A stretch of DNA of 63,148 nt, counting the filler, from Atractiella rhizophila (taxonomy: Eukaryota): assembly GCA_021432655.1 (NCBI GenBank). It is 8 parts of 8 records of this genome, joined end to end, with 100 filler letters (N's around TTAATTAATTAA, not from the genome) between each part and the next. Parts side by side here need not be neighbours in the genome. Positions count along the whole stretch, not along the records: positions 18,688 to 27,875 come from MU272122.1; positions 27,976 to 32,129 come from MU272123.1; positions 32,230 to 41,363 come from MU272124.1; 5 more parts are not named here. The stretch is one strand, 5' to 3'. Positions 23,417 through 36,364 of this stretch are shown here, one piece after another (positions within the stretch are counted from its first letter, which is position 1; each line of letters starts with the position of its first letter). A model generated the notes under the pieces. That model searched no databases, was not told the DNA's origin, and worked only from the letters and a program-made list of their open reading frames with translations. Made by a program: the position numbers and the translations under genes.

Positions 23417-25567
23417 CTATCGAGTCGATGGAACTACATCTGCCCACCAAAAGCTGTTAAGCCCATCAAAACCTACAGTCTAGTTAGCGGATAGAATAGT
23501 TGAATGAAGACAAACCTAAGTGTGCGCTGTCGCAATTCATCGTCCTCCCTTGGTTGATCAACCACCTTGCCAATCCCCTCCAGTCCCGCCTTCCATACAG
23601 TCAAACTCCATCATTATCATGGAAGCCCAGGCTAAACCAACTTGGTCCTGCCGTGTTCTGGATAATATATCGAGATATCGAAGACTGTCTCCAATTTGCT
23701 GACGACAGAGTTGTTCTCACTCTTGCGAAAGGGTTTGCAGTTCGTTGCTGGTGGGGAAGACTGAGATGTAAGACCGGCGAAATGGTATCAAGGAGGAGGG
23801 CATGTCGCGTCATTAGTGAGGTTATCATGACGGACTGGAGCATTGGAAGTTGTATTCCGGCTAACAAGGTCGCCATGGGTGACGAGGGGCTCTCCACGTT
23901 ATAGCTGGATGGGCTGTTGGCTGCTGAGAACTCGAGCGATGAAGGGAAGGAAGCAGACGGTTCCAGGATTCGCGAAATCCTTGAACCGCGTGCAGGAGAT
24001 CAGACAGCGTATTCTCAACCGAAATATTGACATTCAGACAACCTTGCTTTTCGGTCAGTACAGGTTCCCTACAGGCAAGTTGAAACGTTAGGACATACGG
24101 GCAGAGGCAAGCTGGCGACTCGTGCACTGGAGGTGTCCGTCGATGGCTGTGAGATCTTCGGCCGCCTCCGAAATTAAAGTAGAATAAAATGTGATATCTG
24201 TGAAGAGACGACAATCCATGCTGCCCTCTTGTGGAAGGAACCGTTTGTAATGTTTCTCCGAACTAAACATCCGTTTAGGATAATGGGGCCTGTTTGAGAA
24301 TGTGGACGTACAGCAGAGGGGAGCCACCAAATCGACAGGTGTAAGAGTTAGACAGTCGCTTGGGCCACAATTAGCATGAGCCTGTTTGCCAAGGACAGGA
24401 ATGAGACTTACAATCAAATGGGCAAGTTGTCGCTTTCTCAGCCACTCTCGCTCGGTTACACTTCTCCGCCAAAGCGCACCAAAATGTTCCAGAGCAAGTT
24501 CGAGCATCGCTTTCCAAACGTCCGGCCGAGGCAATTGATCAATAAATGCATGTGTGAGCTGAAGGATGATGGATAAGTTGTCGAAAGTTGCCTTCCGGAG
24601 TGACGAGGACGAGGAGAGGCATGACTCTAATAGTTTAAGTAATGAAGATTCTCGTCTCCCTTGTCCTTCCCGTGAGGATAAAGCGTTGGCACGCAAAAAC
24701 CGCCAAGGTATTGATCGCACAATATCCTGCAGAGTCGGTCAACAATGGCCTTTTCATCAGGATGTAATTTAGGGCCCACAGAGTTTGGAGCAAACCAGAT
24801 TCCAACAGATATGGTGTAAATAAGCCAGATCTACGCCTTCGTAAGTCCTACACATCCTACGACGGTAACAAGCTTTAGGCTCACCTCCATTTCCGTTTGA
24901 AGCGCGTATCCCACTGTCTTTATCTCGTTCGAGTAATATTGTTCGAATGCAAGTGGCGCAACGTCTGTTTGTCCCATTAATTCAGGAATCTCACCCGTGT
25001 ATAAGAAGACGAACCCTCCAGTAGATGTTTCTCAAACTTCAGCTGCTGCTCTGAGCTCGACAGGCTATCGTCATACGAGAATGGTACTTCATTTCGAAGC
25101 AAACGCTCCAACAAAACGATGGCGAGGTACAATCGAGCGGTATTCGACAGTTTGGATTGCAATGTCTTGTCGAGAGCGATGGGAGACGAGAAATCTTCTT
25201 CGGGGTCGCGACGTCGCTTGTTCTTCAGTCTCCCCACGTCGGCTCCAAGTTGATGCGACGATGTATAATTCATCTGAGGAAGTTGTGCCAGTTTCCATCT
25301 GCAACAAGAGGGCACAGCGGGGAAGGTCAACGGTCAGGACACGATCGCTTCCAGAAGGAGATGGAATCTGACAACCCACCTTTTGTGGAGGTGCTTCGGT
25401 TTTGTATGAAAGGAAGCCGCGCTCAATTTTGGGAAGGTCGAAAGGTGATAAACAACTTCGCAGTCCAAGCCGTTGTTGGCACATCGTTCACAGGAAGTGG
25501 CTTGATTAGCGCGCATACACTTCACTTGCGCAGAGCGGCAAGACTCGCAAGGGGAAACAGCAATCAT
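23417..25567 (-). CDS. Zn(II)2Cys6 fungal transcription factor (exon model approximate)
   Basis: CESCRSAQVKCMRANQATSCERCANNGLDC binuclear cluster near the start; downstream helical ORFs separated by short introns. Confidence 0.65.
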
Positions 25568-27013
25568 ACTGACAAACGGGATATGCGGAAAGCAGGGTCG
25601 GGATGCAAGCCTCCCCAAGTCTTAAATATTTGTTTGACTTGTAAAACGGAGCAAGGGCCCTTGGATGCAGCGGCGTGAAGTTCGATAGTCGCACTTAAGG
25701 GAAGGAAGGATCTCGATCGACATACGGTAGCAATGAACCTCAGAGCACCTTGGATTGCACTTCTCCTTTCTAATCGCCTGTTTCATGGTCGCTTCTTGCG
25801 GCCTTGCAAGCGGGCAAGGATGGAGACGTACAAGCGCTTGTTCGCTGGAATGCGCAACGAGTGAGCGGATGAAGTACAATGCGAACAGGCGGTCTTTCAT
25901 CTGAGTGTACGATTATATTCATCAGGACTCCTTACCGAACAAGCCAAGAAAGAACTGCTTGATTGTGTTGAAGTCACACCAATTTACAGCTCCTCCTTGT
26001 CTCCCCATGTAAAGGTGTCAACCATCTTCAATTTAAAGAAAGCATCAACACTTCTAATGAATTTCACCCACCAAACCGACGCCGCCGTTCCGTTGCCACT
26101 TCCTGGAAAGGCCAGCGGCATTTCGGGAAGCAGAGTGGCGACGTAAGCAACCTCTGAATATTCTACTGAATCCCATCGCTCGAACCAATTTTAACCAAAC
26201 TCCGAGTGGTCAAATTTGGAAAAAAAGCGGGCAATGAAAAAGGTTCCGAACATTTGCAGAGGTGCAACGCCGTTCCACCATCACACGTGAGGCTGATAAG
26301 GAGTGTTAAATGCGAAGCTATCTGCATCGGATGCTGTCACATTGGTATACTCAGGTCAAAAGTCCATGCAGTTGTGTAGTATGCAGGTAGTACGCGTAGT
26401 AAAGATACATAACCCCGAAATGCTGAAGAATCAGTCCGTTTGTATCATCCTACCTTAGAGCACACTTGTACCCTTTAACAAGACAGCCTCAGCGAGCTGG
26501 AAATGCGGCAGCATCCCGTTGTAAAGCTGCAAATCAAATCAAATAGTCATGGTGGATGGAGAGAGCACTTTGCAGAAACGCTCTTCACACGTTGCAAGGA
26601 GAAGAGTTGACATATACTCACCTGAGTTTCCAGTGGACCTGAATCGAACCATCTAAACTTGAAGTTTGGAAATTTGCCCCAATTTCCATATAAAATGCCG
26701 CTAACGTGGACCCATGTCTTCCGATACGATGCCTGTACGCGTCGAATCTTCAAAGGAGACTCAAGGGGCGAGTGATCCTACCTGAGGGGACATTCTCCTC
26801 CGTGCTCCGTTTCCGAATTCGAATTCTGAGCCACAGCTCCACTATGTAACTAACTACTCAGATTTCCACACCGCGATCCCCACCACGCAAGAGGAGGTGG
26901 AGGGGCTGCCAATTTGGGCATATAAAAGGTGGCACTTCATCAAATCAATCGCCTACTGTCCCTTTCTTCATCTCAAGCAAACTATTGACACCAAGTACAT
27001 CATTGCACTCAAA

Positions 27014-27875
27014 ATGGCAAGCGATAAGAAGAAGATGCCTTATGGTTCGAGATATTTCCTGTATGATGTACTTGTGCTAAGGATGATCCACAGTGAGATT
27101 GGGGAATTCTGGATTGAAGGTTTCAAAAGTATGTGGACTCTCGTCTGAAACCTAAGAGCGTCGTTGATGATAGATGTGCTTAGATCATCTTAGGTTGCAT
27201 GAGCTATGGTATGCTCTCCTCCCCTTCTCTGAAAAGGGTTATAACTCCCTTTCCAGGTAGTCCCGAGTGGCAGGACTGGGTGTTGGGAGAGGAAGAGGGG
27301 ATCAAGCACATCAAGGCTGCTTATGAGCTAGGGATCAACACGTTCGAGTGAGTTCATTTCTGGTTGTCCCTCTCTATGATGGAACATGACTTCGCTTCCT
27401 AGTACCGCCAACGGTTCGTTCCCGATTTTAATTGGGGATCGCTGCTGAAAGGACCTGGGATTAGTCTATTCTTCTGGTCTCTCAGAAGTCGTTCTGGGAA
27501 ACGCGATCGAGCAGTTGAAGTTACCGAGAGAGAAGATCGTGGTCATGACGAAGGTTCTTCTCACTCTTCCGTTTACGAAACCGTTTCTGATCGAGTAACA
27601 GGTATACTCTACAGTTCATGACGAACCAGGGAAGAATGTTATGGCAACTTGTCCTGGAAACCCCGACGATTGGGGCTATGTCAAGTACGCGTCCTTCCGT
27701 TCCCTTGCTTTCTCCATTTCATGAACCAATTTGGGTATAGTCAACACGGTTTGAGCCGAAAGCATATTTTTGCCAGTGTGCAAGCATCCTTGAAGCGTTT
27801 GAAGCTGGACTACATCGACTTGCTGCAATGTCCGTCTGTGCTTCACGCCATCTTCGAACAGCTAAAGACTTTTTG
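27014..27875 (+). CDS. Aldo-keto reductase (aryl-alcohol dehydrogenase-like), 3' partial
   Basis: Spliced MPY|VRLGNSGLKVSK|IILGCMSY|GSPEWQDWV..GINTFD|TAN|VYSSGLSE..VMTK..GLSRKHIFASVQASLKRLKLDYIDLLQC; TATA box at 26921. Confidence 0.92.
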
Positions 27876-27975
27876 NNNNNNNNNNNNNNNNNNNNNNNNN
27901 NNNNNNNNNNNNNNNNNNNTTAATTAATTAANNNNNNNNNNNNNNNNNNNNNNNNNNNNNNNNNNNNNNNNNNNN
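27876..27975. other. Artificial contig linker
   Basis: N-TTAATTAATTAA-N, 100 nt. Confidence 0.99.
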
Positions 27976-29788
27976 GTATCAAACACATATCGATACCTGC
28001 TCATTTCTTCTTTCGATATCTTCTCCTCAAAATGCGTCACATTATTAAGGAAATCGCAAAGCATAGGTTCGCACTGAACAGCTTTCCCAGTCGCTCTCAC
28101 GCCTGAAAATCGCTCGTTGAGCTCCTTCAAGCTGGTGAGGACATCCACTTGATATTCTTTTCCACGGTAGTCCTTGCGAGTGGCACGAATGGAGCGAGGA
28201 GAAGTGTCTTTCGAATTGAAGAGCGAAGTGAGCCGAAATCGATGGGTTGAACGCCACGGTGTCCACCTTCCCACCCAAATGAGTATTACGGATCCATTGA
28301 GTGATGTCACACGTACCATTGCACCGAGACCCCATCTAGAGATCCACGCCAAAGCAGCTTGTGATATGGCTTTTCTTCGAATGCCATTTCATTCTTTGGA
28401 TTGAGGTTGTACTGTATCGGAGGAGGGAAGAGCAGGTCACCTGTAAAGGCTGCATGATATGCTTCAGCCTTTTGTAAAGGTACAAAGAACGGGGAAAGCT
28501 ACCTGCTCCAGACATTGCGAAACTTGGATAAAGTTTGGTTAAGTAAGTATCGAGCGTCAAAGCACCTAAGTAATTAAGGGATATGTAAAAGGGGTAAACG
28601 TTCGAGATAATTACACACCTGAGTGTCGCGTAAACATGAAGTCATTGTTGCAATAATCCATTGTTTTTCTGTGGTCTTTGACGAAGGGTGGACCCACATG
28701 ATCCGTTGTTGGGAGTATGTCATCGAAACCAAGGACGGAGCGATGAAAGCGTGAGTTGGGAGGACACAGACGCTCTTTGTGCGACCACCTGAACCAAAAA
28801 AAGTTAACATCTCCATGGAAAGTTATGTGATCCTATGAGGTAACTTACGGTGTATTTCCATCAATCTGAAGCTCGTCCTCGTTTGCGACTGGCCCACAAC
28901 CTTAAGGGAACAATAAGGGATCAGACCACGAAGAAGCATACGCATTCCTTTGTCGCCTGCTTCACAGTACGCGTTCCTCACCTATCCAGAAGTTCGAAAG
29001 CGGTAGACAAGAAAGGGGAGAGAGACTCACACTCCAATCCAGTCTGGTGCGGTATGAATCATGTAAATGCACGGCGAACTCCATGTCGGGCAAATATTTC
29101 ACAAACGGTTCCATCATTTCTGTGAGGCCATCCGTAATATCTTTACGCCAAGTAGCACCGAGGGGTTCGAGTATTCTTCCTCGACGGATGCGCATTAGGG
29201 CATAGGAGTCCTTCCATTCACCTTCCATGAGCCACTTCTTCCGCCGCAATATTTCGTCTGCTGACTGCAGAGAAGCATTAGATCGTTCACACATTTAGGT
29301 CGCTCCTTACAAGGCCGAAGAAAGGACGAATGGACTCCATGACCGGGTCGTACTCGTCGATGAGCTGCACGCCATGTTCTCTAGCAAACGTGAACCAATT
29401 TCTGAATCCTTCAGGAGGAGAACGCCGATACCGCCTTTGGTACTGAAAGCTTCGTGAAGGAATGAAATATCGAGGGTGTGAGTACACTCACTTCAACGAC
29501 GGCTTCTTCATAAGTGCTGCTAGCACTTGCAAGCTTTGCTTCCCACTGTTTACGTGCATCCAGCATCAACGAGTGGATAGGATGAACGGGATACGGGTTC
29601 CTCGAAGCATCTGGGACCGCATGAACGTATATGTCGTCTATTCGCTCGAACACAATGTCGTGTGTTGGGAGTGTCCAAGAGTTTTCATCCAAATAACGCG
29701 ACCACAAAGCAAACAACAAGAAAGCAAAGGCAGCGAGCACTACGACCGCTCCTTTCGTCCTTCGATTTAACAAGAGACTCTGAGACAT
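27976..29788 (-). CDS. Glycosyltransferase family 90 (CAP10/CXT1-like), 3' partial
   Basis: N-terminal TM helix, HPIHSLM..EAVVE|YQRRYRRSPPEGFRNWFTFA..IDEYD, YLPDMEF, LLWRGS, HRFRL, VQCEPMLC..YRYVFD. Confidence 0.88.
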
Positions 29789-30106
29789 TCGCGAGGACTC
29801 CTCCTGGCTCTGAAGGCCAAACAGCAAGGTGGTAAATGGTTGAAAAGGGCAAAGTTAAGACCATCAGAAACCATCCTATTCAAACCATCCTATTTCCGGG
29901 TTATTCGGAGAAGGGAGAGCACGAGTACTTCCGTCCGCCTGCGGATCCGCAAGACGACGAGGACGAATCTGGTCCGCGTATGTCCGAACGCACGGACGTT
30001 GTTGCTCGCCCTGGACAAACAAACAGAAGTTATTCGTTGGCTTCCTTTGTCTCGCCCTCTCAAAAGCGACCAACTGCTCTCTCGAACCAGGAATCGCCTT
30101 TCACCA

Positions 30107-31875
30107 ATGCCTCCAAGGATCCCCTATTCGAAGAATACGGACACTCGAAACCAGTCCACAAAGAAACCAGCGGGGTTGCATGAAAACAAGCTCTACTGCA
30201 CATATCCTCCTCACGCGGACGTCGATTGTAATGGACTGACAACTACCATGTCGACTTTTGGACCCATTCTCAGGGTGGATATACCTATAAAATCGAAAAA
30301 TTATGCCTTTGTCGTCTTCAGAGAGGTGGGTTCATTTGCGTTAGTTACGTTGATGAAGCTTTTGGGACCGTGAAGCTCTGAATTTCTCTTGATATCGATG
30401 GAATGGACTGTCTGAGAAAAGACTTTGATCGATAAAGACGAGACTCTATTATTTGCCCCAGAACTCGAACGATTTTCCACCAGCTTCACCGCATTTGGTT
30501 CCCAGTCCCGATGATTTTATCGAACTTTGAGTTTGACATCTCCCTTTACGAGTTTATCAACCAATGATTTGAATTTCACCTGCCTGCTTATCTTCGTCAA
30601 CCGGACACAACTGACTCCTATGACTTTGCCACCGGTTCATGTTTTAGGAAGGCGTAAGTTTTCCTCCCATGTTCAGAGAACACAAATTGACCATCGTGTA
30701 GGATGCTGAAGAGGCTCTCCAATGCTCCATCAGGCGCCGATTGAACTGCAATACAATTCCAATCACCGCTTCCTGGGCGAAAGTCGACGGTAACGCGCAA
30801 AGTCCTCCTCACAACTCGCGCAATTAACGATAGAGGTCACTACAGCGATCGCAATGACCGGAACCAGAACGCAAGCGACCGAAATCAAAACCAGAGCTTT
30901 CGCAAATCTGATACTTACAGACCTACTCGCGATCGCGAGGAACCTATTCTTGCTCGGCGTCTTTCCAGGAGAAGCCCCGTAGATACTGGCTTTGACAGTA
31001 CACAGGTGGGAGGAATGAGGAAGAGGAAGATGGACGAACTTGCTGAAGAAAGACAGGACATGGATGTCGAACCTCCACAAACTCCTTATTCCGTCACGCA
31101 GGACTTTCATGGAAGGACCATCAAGCATGATTTGGAAGACGGCGAAGAGGGCGACCGCGACATGCCCATTCTTCCGGAGCCCAAACGCCAAAGAATGATG
31201 AGTGATGCGAACGATGATGGAGAGCGGAGGAACCAAGATCCTCCCGGTAACATGGCGCCGGAATCCGAATCGAGCAGCGGGCATTCTGCTGTCGGCAAAG
31301 GCGTGAGCAATCTTGTTCTCATCGATGGAGACGACGTGGAAGACGTGGAGCACCCCGCTGCCAACGCTAACAGTTCGTCTTCGTTTCACACTGCTAGTGC
31401 GCCTCGCCCATGCCATTAATGGGTGGCACTGACATACAATTGCAGATGTCTCCAACAATCCTTCCCGAGTTCAGACTCCTGAACATGAGGAGCCGGAAAA
31501 TAAGCCTGAAGAACAGTCTACGCTCATGATTGGACCCTCTTTTGAAAGTAAGTCGTCTGCTCATTGGATGAACTGAACTGATACTGGTTCTAGTGGAATC
31601 TGCGCGAATTCTTTTACGCAATCTACCACATGTTGTGACAGCCGAGGAACTGGCGGAATGGGCGAAACAAGCTGCTCCAGTCTGGTACGCCGATTGTCAT
31701 AGATATTCTCCTGGAGAAGGAGTAGTCGAATTCCAATATGTCAAGGTTCGCTGCCTGTCCTTCCATTTACGTTGACCGCTTTGCTGATTGGTATTCTCAG
31801 AATGTGGACACGGCGCTGGAAACACTTCCTGGGTTGAAACTTAAAGAAAACATTGTTCGCGTTCAAAGGTTTTGA
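30107..31875 (+). CDS. RRM-containing SR/Npl3-like RNA-binding protein (divergent)
   Basis: RRM1 KLYC..TFGPILRVDIPIKSKNYAFVVF; R/D/S-rich middle; RRM RILLRNLP..VWYADC..GEGVVEFQ..LPGLKLKENIVRV*. Confidence 0.65.
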
Positions 31876-32129
31876 ACGAATGATCGCCTGGTCGTTTCTG
31901 GAACTTTTTATTACCTGCCCACTCCGTTTCTCATGATTAACGAAATATTTGTGATTCCATACTAACCGAAAATATGTATCCTGGGTATACGGACTCTTTC
32001 CTTTTTTTGTGGTCAGAGGACCGTCAGTAGGTGTAAGCTGTTGAGAATTATGATCGGTCTGTCCATTCCGTGCAACTCATCGAATTTCTTCATTCTAACA
32101 GTTTTCCAATTTCAGCACCTTTCTTTCCT

Positions 32130-32229
32130 NNNNNNNNNNNNNNNNNNNNNNNNNNNNNNNNNNNNNNNNNNNNTTAATTAATTAANNNNNNNNNNNNNNN
32201 NNNNNNNNNNNNNNNNNNNNNNNNNNNNN
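32130..32229. other. Artificial contig linker
   Basis: N-TTAATTAATTAA-N, 100 nt. Confidence 0.99.
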
Positions 32230-32230
32230 C

Positions 32231-33552
32231 ATCACGTACCGCATCACCGTTGCCTCTAGAGCTGCTACCCCGACAACTTTCTCGTCCTCCAAGCCCATTC
32301 CAAGTTCAAACCGTCAAGTTCTCAAATTCCCTGACAATATCAAGAAGACGTACGAACAAGGACCCCGAATCCTCGCTATCAACAACGGCGGCATCTGTGC
32401 CTTCTCCACGCTTTACATGCTCGAAGTCGTCATGCTCGAGGTTGGAAATATCCTCAACGTTCCCGAAAGAGAAGAAGTCCGGTCATGCGGTGTTTTTGAT
32501 CTCATCTGCGGCACTTCCACGGTATGGTGGATTGGCCTCATGCTCGGAAAGTTGGGTATGACTGTTCGACAATCCATCAGCGAGTACGAAGAGATCGTGC
32601 AGGACGTGTTTTCCGAGGGAGCACCACTTTCCAATGAAGGCGACGCATACTCTAAAAAGACGCTTGAAGCCGTCCGTCAGGAGTCATTACCCGGCATGCT
32701 CCATAGTCTATATCGTCTTCTCAACTTCCTATGAAGGATGCGGCAATTGGGGATAGATGTAGAACCGTTGCCGTGTCAAGGTACAAATCAAACACAGTTG
32801 TTTCAACAGAGATGCGCACGTACGAGGGAAGAATGCAGTTCATTCCGCTGCACGATGTACGGTGTTGGAAGCAGCAAGAGCGACTTCCTCTGCACGTCAA
32901 ATCTTTCGTCCTATCGTCATCAACAATACGAAATATGTCGCCATCGGGGACAATAACCCAGCGGCAATAGCGATTGATGAGGCAAACCGCATATGGGGAC
33001 AAGGAAGCGAAGTCGCCTGTCTCGTCTCTCTCGGGTCAGGGATCGCTCCGGCTGTTAATTGGGGTCCTACCAAACGCGAGATTGAAGTCGCTGTGAAGGC
33101 AATCATCGAAGATTGTTCCCAGGTAGCGGATCAGTTGAAGATGAAGATGCAAGATCGCGGTCTAGGGCATCGCTATCACCGCTTTTCAGTCCACACGACG
33201 GGAAGCGTCAAGTGGGAGGAGTGGGAGCGAACAAAGGACGTCGTGGGTCGGACGAAAGCCTATATGGAAGTAATGGGTCACGAAGCGCGTAATGCTGCTC
33301 AATGTCTCGTGCAGGGTACGTTCTCTTACCTCTTGTGTAAATTCCACATTGAGGTACTTGTAGCGTGCAGTGAAAGGATTGCGGTTCGTCGGCGGTTACC
33401 ATTACCGCCTCCAGGCTCTTGCTTTGGCCGCAACGATGAAATCCAACGCGCTCAAAAAGCAATACTGTTCGTCCATCTTCGCTCGCAGACCCAACCATGC
33501 TTTCTTCCTCCAGCAGCTTGATCAAATTCAGTCTTCCCAAAGTTTCACACTG
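32231..33552 (+). CDS. Degenerate patatin-like phospholipase domain followed by truncated NB-ARC/NACHT start (NLR-like), 5' partial
   Basis: RILAINNGG, FDLICGTST..IGLMLGKLGMTV, LEAARATSSA..F, NNPA..AIDEA, CLVSLGSG, YHRFSV; then LPLPPPGSCFGRNDEI and an early stop. Confidence 0.75.
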
Positions 33553-34274
33553 ACCCTTTTTTTTATGGATGTGGATGCCAATGGATGCAACCTTAACCTG
33601 CAAAGACCACGGAAGGGCCGCCACCATCCTCAACCTTGTAAGAAAGACATGTCGGATGCGGTGAAGAAAACCAACAGCCACGCCATAACCCCCAAATGCT
33701 CTGTACGACGTGTCGGATCACTGGTCACTTCCTGGTCACAAATGATAAGTTTACGAGCGCAGCAACGCGCGAGGCTGCGAGGTGCGAGACCAAACCAAAT
33801 GAGAATGTGTTTCTTAACTATGTATGAGACAGGCCTCGCCAGGGAAGGATTGGAGTTTAATGCCGAAGCGAGATTTGGAACTGTCGAGCAGCATGTCGTT
33901 GTGTTGTGGAGGCCCTCGTCAACAGTGAACAGCAAGGAAAGCAAGGTCCACACATCCATGCTGAAGGTAGTCAAGCTATTATGAGCACGTCGGTATTTGT
34001 TAAGTTCCCCCGCACCTCCACAACGAGGGCAGTGGCAGACACAAGTGAAGTAGTCGACAAGTAAGGTGGTTCAGGCAAAGGAAGTGAAGTGGGGACAGAG
34101 GAAGGATGTCAAGGAGGCCTATGACATGGTTATCATGTCGTAGATGAGAGAACAGGTAGGACGAGGGAAAGCAGGCAATGATCAAGGTATTGGTGTAGAG
34201 GACATTTATCCAATTTCAAAGTTAGAAAGGGGCAGCTGTGAGTGCAAGGGAACCTGTTTGGGAGTTGATATAGG

Positions 34275-35843
34275 TCAATCCCATATTCCATATCTCCGGC
34301 AAAACCCAGTCACCGCCGATTGACTGACGGAGGCACAAAGGTATTCCACACCTTTCCTCTCGCAAAATTGCACTAGGTTCTCCAATACCCTCGTCCCAAA
34401 CTCCACCGGAATGATCATCGCTTTGAGGTTCTCGAATGGGTCCAATCCGCTTTTCAAATAGTTGAAGAGCAACACATCGCAGGAGAAAAGTACAATATTC
34501 TTCTGTTGATGATGAAGAACCTCGTTGAGCGCGTAAAGTCCATTTCGATTAGGTGAATTTAGCCCAGATAGGTGAAGGATCGGGAACTTCATCAGCGCGG
34601 TTAGTATTTCGGAGAATCGGTTCGGGGATCGGAAGGATGCGTCACTTTCGAATTGCACGCTGAGTGAAATGGCCGGCCGTCTCTCTCCCAACTGTCTGAC
34701 AAGATTGTTCACCGTGGGATCTTCTAGCAAGCTGCCAGAAATAACCAGAAATCTGAAGTGTTCTTGGAGAAGGCAAGGTTCGAGGCAAGCTAAATAACTT
34801 TTATCGACTTCCTTTACGGCAGCGAGAATATGGGCATCCTTGAACAGAGTACCATCGTCAGAAAAAACGATGTCCCTGCGAATAACGCAGGTTCGCAATT
34901 TCGGAAGCACGCCATATAGCCTGGGATCTTTTAGTGCCACTCCAGAAATTCGTAGCTCTTGTAGCTGTGAATTGTTGGCTAAATTGGAAAAAAAACATCC
35001 AGCATCCACCCCAAGCTCTAGCGGTTCCTGGTTCTTATAGAAGAGCACGCTCCCTAAATCCAGTACCCGGAGACAATTGGGAAGGTGCAGCAAAACCGTA
35101 TTCCTATGCTGGAAGTCTGCCTGGAGAGTGAGCACCTCGGGATTCTTGCATACACTCAGGAAGTCATTGATCACCTTGAAATCTTGCATTTGAACTCGTA
35201 GCAGGGTAATGTTGCGTAGCGTGAAGCAAGATGGAATAAAAGCATCAAATATCGTTTGGTTGTAATTCCATAAACGTAGATTCAGGGAGTCTAACTTCTC
35301 GAATTTCAGTGTTGAGAGCGTCTTCGTCCAATCCAGCCTTGACCCGATAGTGACACTTCTAAGCTCACGAGAGTGCTGAAGGTTGAGAAATGGATCATCC
35401 AGTTGGATCCCAGCAAGTTGGACTTCCAAAATCCTGATATTAGGAAGAGGAGGGACGAAATATGTCAGTATTCCTTCAGCCTTGGTGCGCAAAATGAGAG
35501 TTTGAATATTTGGAAGCAGCGTGATAAGTCTACGAGCTAAGTCTGAACCATCGACCTCAAGACATTTCACTTGAAATCTTTTCTCGGAGCGCGAGCTTAA
35601 CATCTCAACAAGCTGCTCGCCATTCTTCAAATCCAGGTGAGCAGGTATGGAGATCCATGAGAGTAGAAGATCTGAGATTACGCCAGACCACCTCTTGTTG
35701 ACGTGAGCAAGAGAAACGAAGTGACTTTGTTCGTTAAGCGGTGGGAGGTTGTAGGACAATATGGGGCGAAGGATCTCTGAGGGTATCTTCGCCTCGAAAT
35801 TGAACGTCGCCTCTCCCACTCTGGGAACAGCAGTAAGGGGCAT
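34275..35843 (-). CDS. F-box/LRR (RNI-like) protein, intronless
   Basis: 522-aa ORF; IPSEILRPILSY..LAHVNKRWS F-box-like motif; LxxLxL repeats. Confidence 0.8.
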   Translation of the reverse strand: MPLTAVPRVGEATFNFEAKIPSEILRPILSYNLPPLNEQSHFVSLAHVNKRWSGVISDLLLSWISIPAHLDLKNGEQLVEMLSSRSEKRFQVKCLEVDGSDLARRLITLLPNIQTLILRTKAEGILTYFVPPLPNIRILEVQLAGIQLDDPFLNLQHSRELRSVTIGSRLDWTKTLSTLKFEKLDSLNLRLWNYNQTIFDAFIPSCFTLRNITLLRVQMQDFKVINDFLSVCKNPEVLTLQADFQHRNTVLLHLPNCLRVLDLGSVLFYKNQEPLELGVDAGCFFSNLANNSQLQELRISGVALKDPRLYGVLPKLRTCVIRRDIVFSDDGTLFKDAHILAAVKEVDKSYLACLEPCLLQEHFRFLVISGSLLEDPTVNNLVRQLGERRPAISLSVQFESDASFRSPNRFSEILTALMKFPILHLSGLNSPNRNGLYALNEVLHHQQKNIVLFSCDVLLFNYLKSGLDPFENLKAMIIPVEFGTRVLENLVQFCERKGVEYLCASVSQSAVTGFCRRYGIWD

Positions 35844-36189
35844 TTGCAATTCTGCTCACGACAGAACACCAGTGAATTATCACAGGCAATTGTTCGGGAG
35901 ATGAACAAGTAGAATGATTTAACATACGGCGCGACTCCAGGAAGTTTTCGAGCAGGACTCCAGTTATTGGTTGTTTGGCGAGTATGCTCGAAGGCCCCAG
36001 GGTGGTGATGTCTGCGTCGGAATAATAACAATGAAAATGCAACGAGGTCTTCCTTCTTCTTGATAATAGTGACGGAGCGCTGTTAAAACGTTGGGCGGGG
36101 CTGCAGCAGAAGGACGGTTGAGGTTTTATTGGTCCCCTGACGTTCGGCTCGTTCGTTCAGCTCGTGTTCAACGGGACCGAGACGCACGA

Positions 36190-36362
36190 ACAAATGGTGA
36201 CCGGTGACCGGTGATCGCGGACACAGTAGGGCAAGACCTGTCGACCGACCTGCGATAAAACTGGTCGACCAGTTTTGACCCGATTTTGGCTGCAAATTTT
36301 GTCAATAGTGAAGCGCAAAGCCATTTTTGGCTTGCGGCCATCCGGTCACTTAAGCAAACCCC
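36190..36362. mobile_element. Putative DNA transposon terminus (MULE-like TIR)
   Basis: Clustered GACCG/GGTGACC repeats, perfect 20-bp palindrome AAAACTGGTCGACCAGTTTT (36257-36276), ending ..GGTCACTTAAGCAAACCCC directly against a truncated gene; partner end not found. Confidence 0.4.
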
Positions 36363-36364
36363 GG

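Noticed and set aside
27976..32129. One 4154-nt contig among contigs otherwise descending 9225, 9188, 9134, 9114, 9100 nt
   Set aside because: About 5 kb shorter than the size order predicts; most likely a processing artefact
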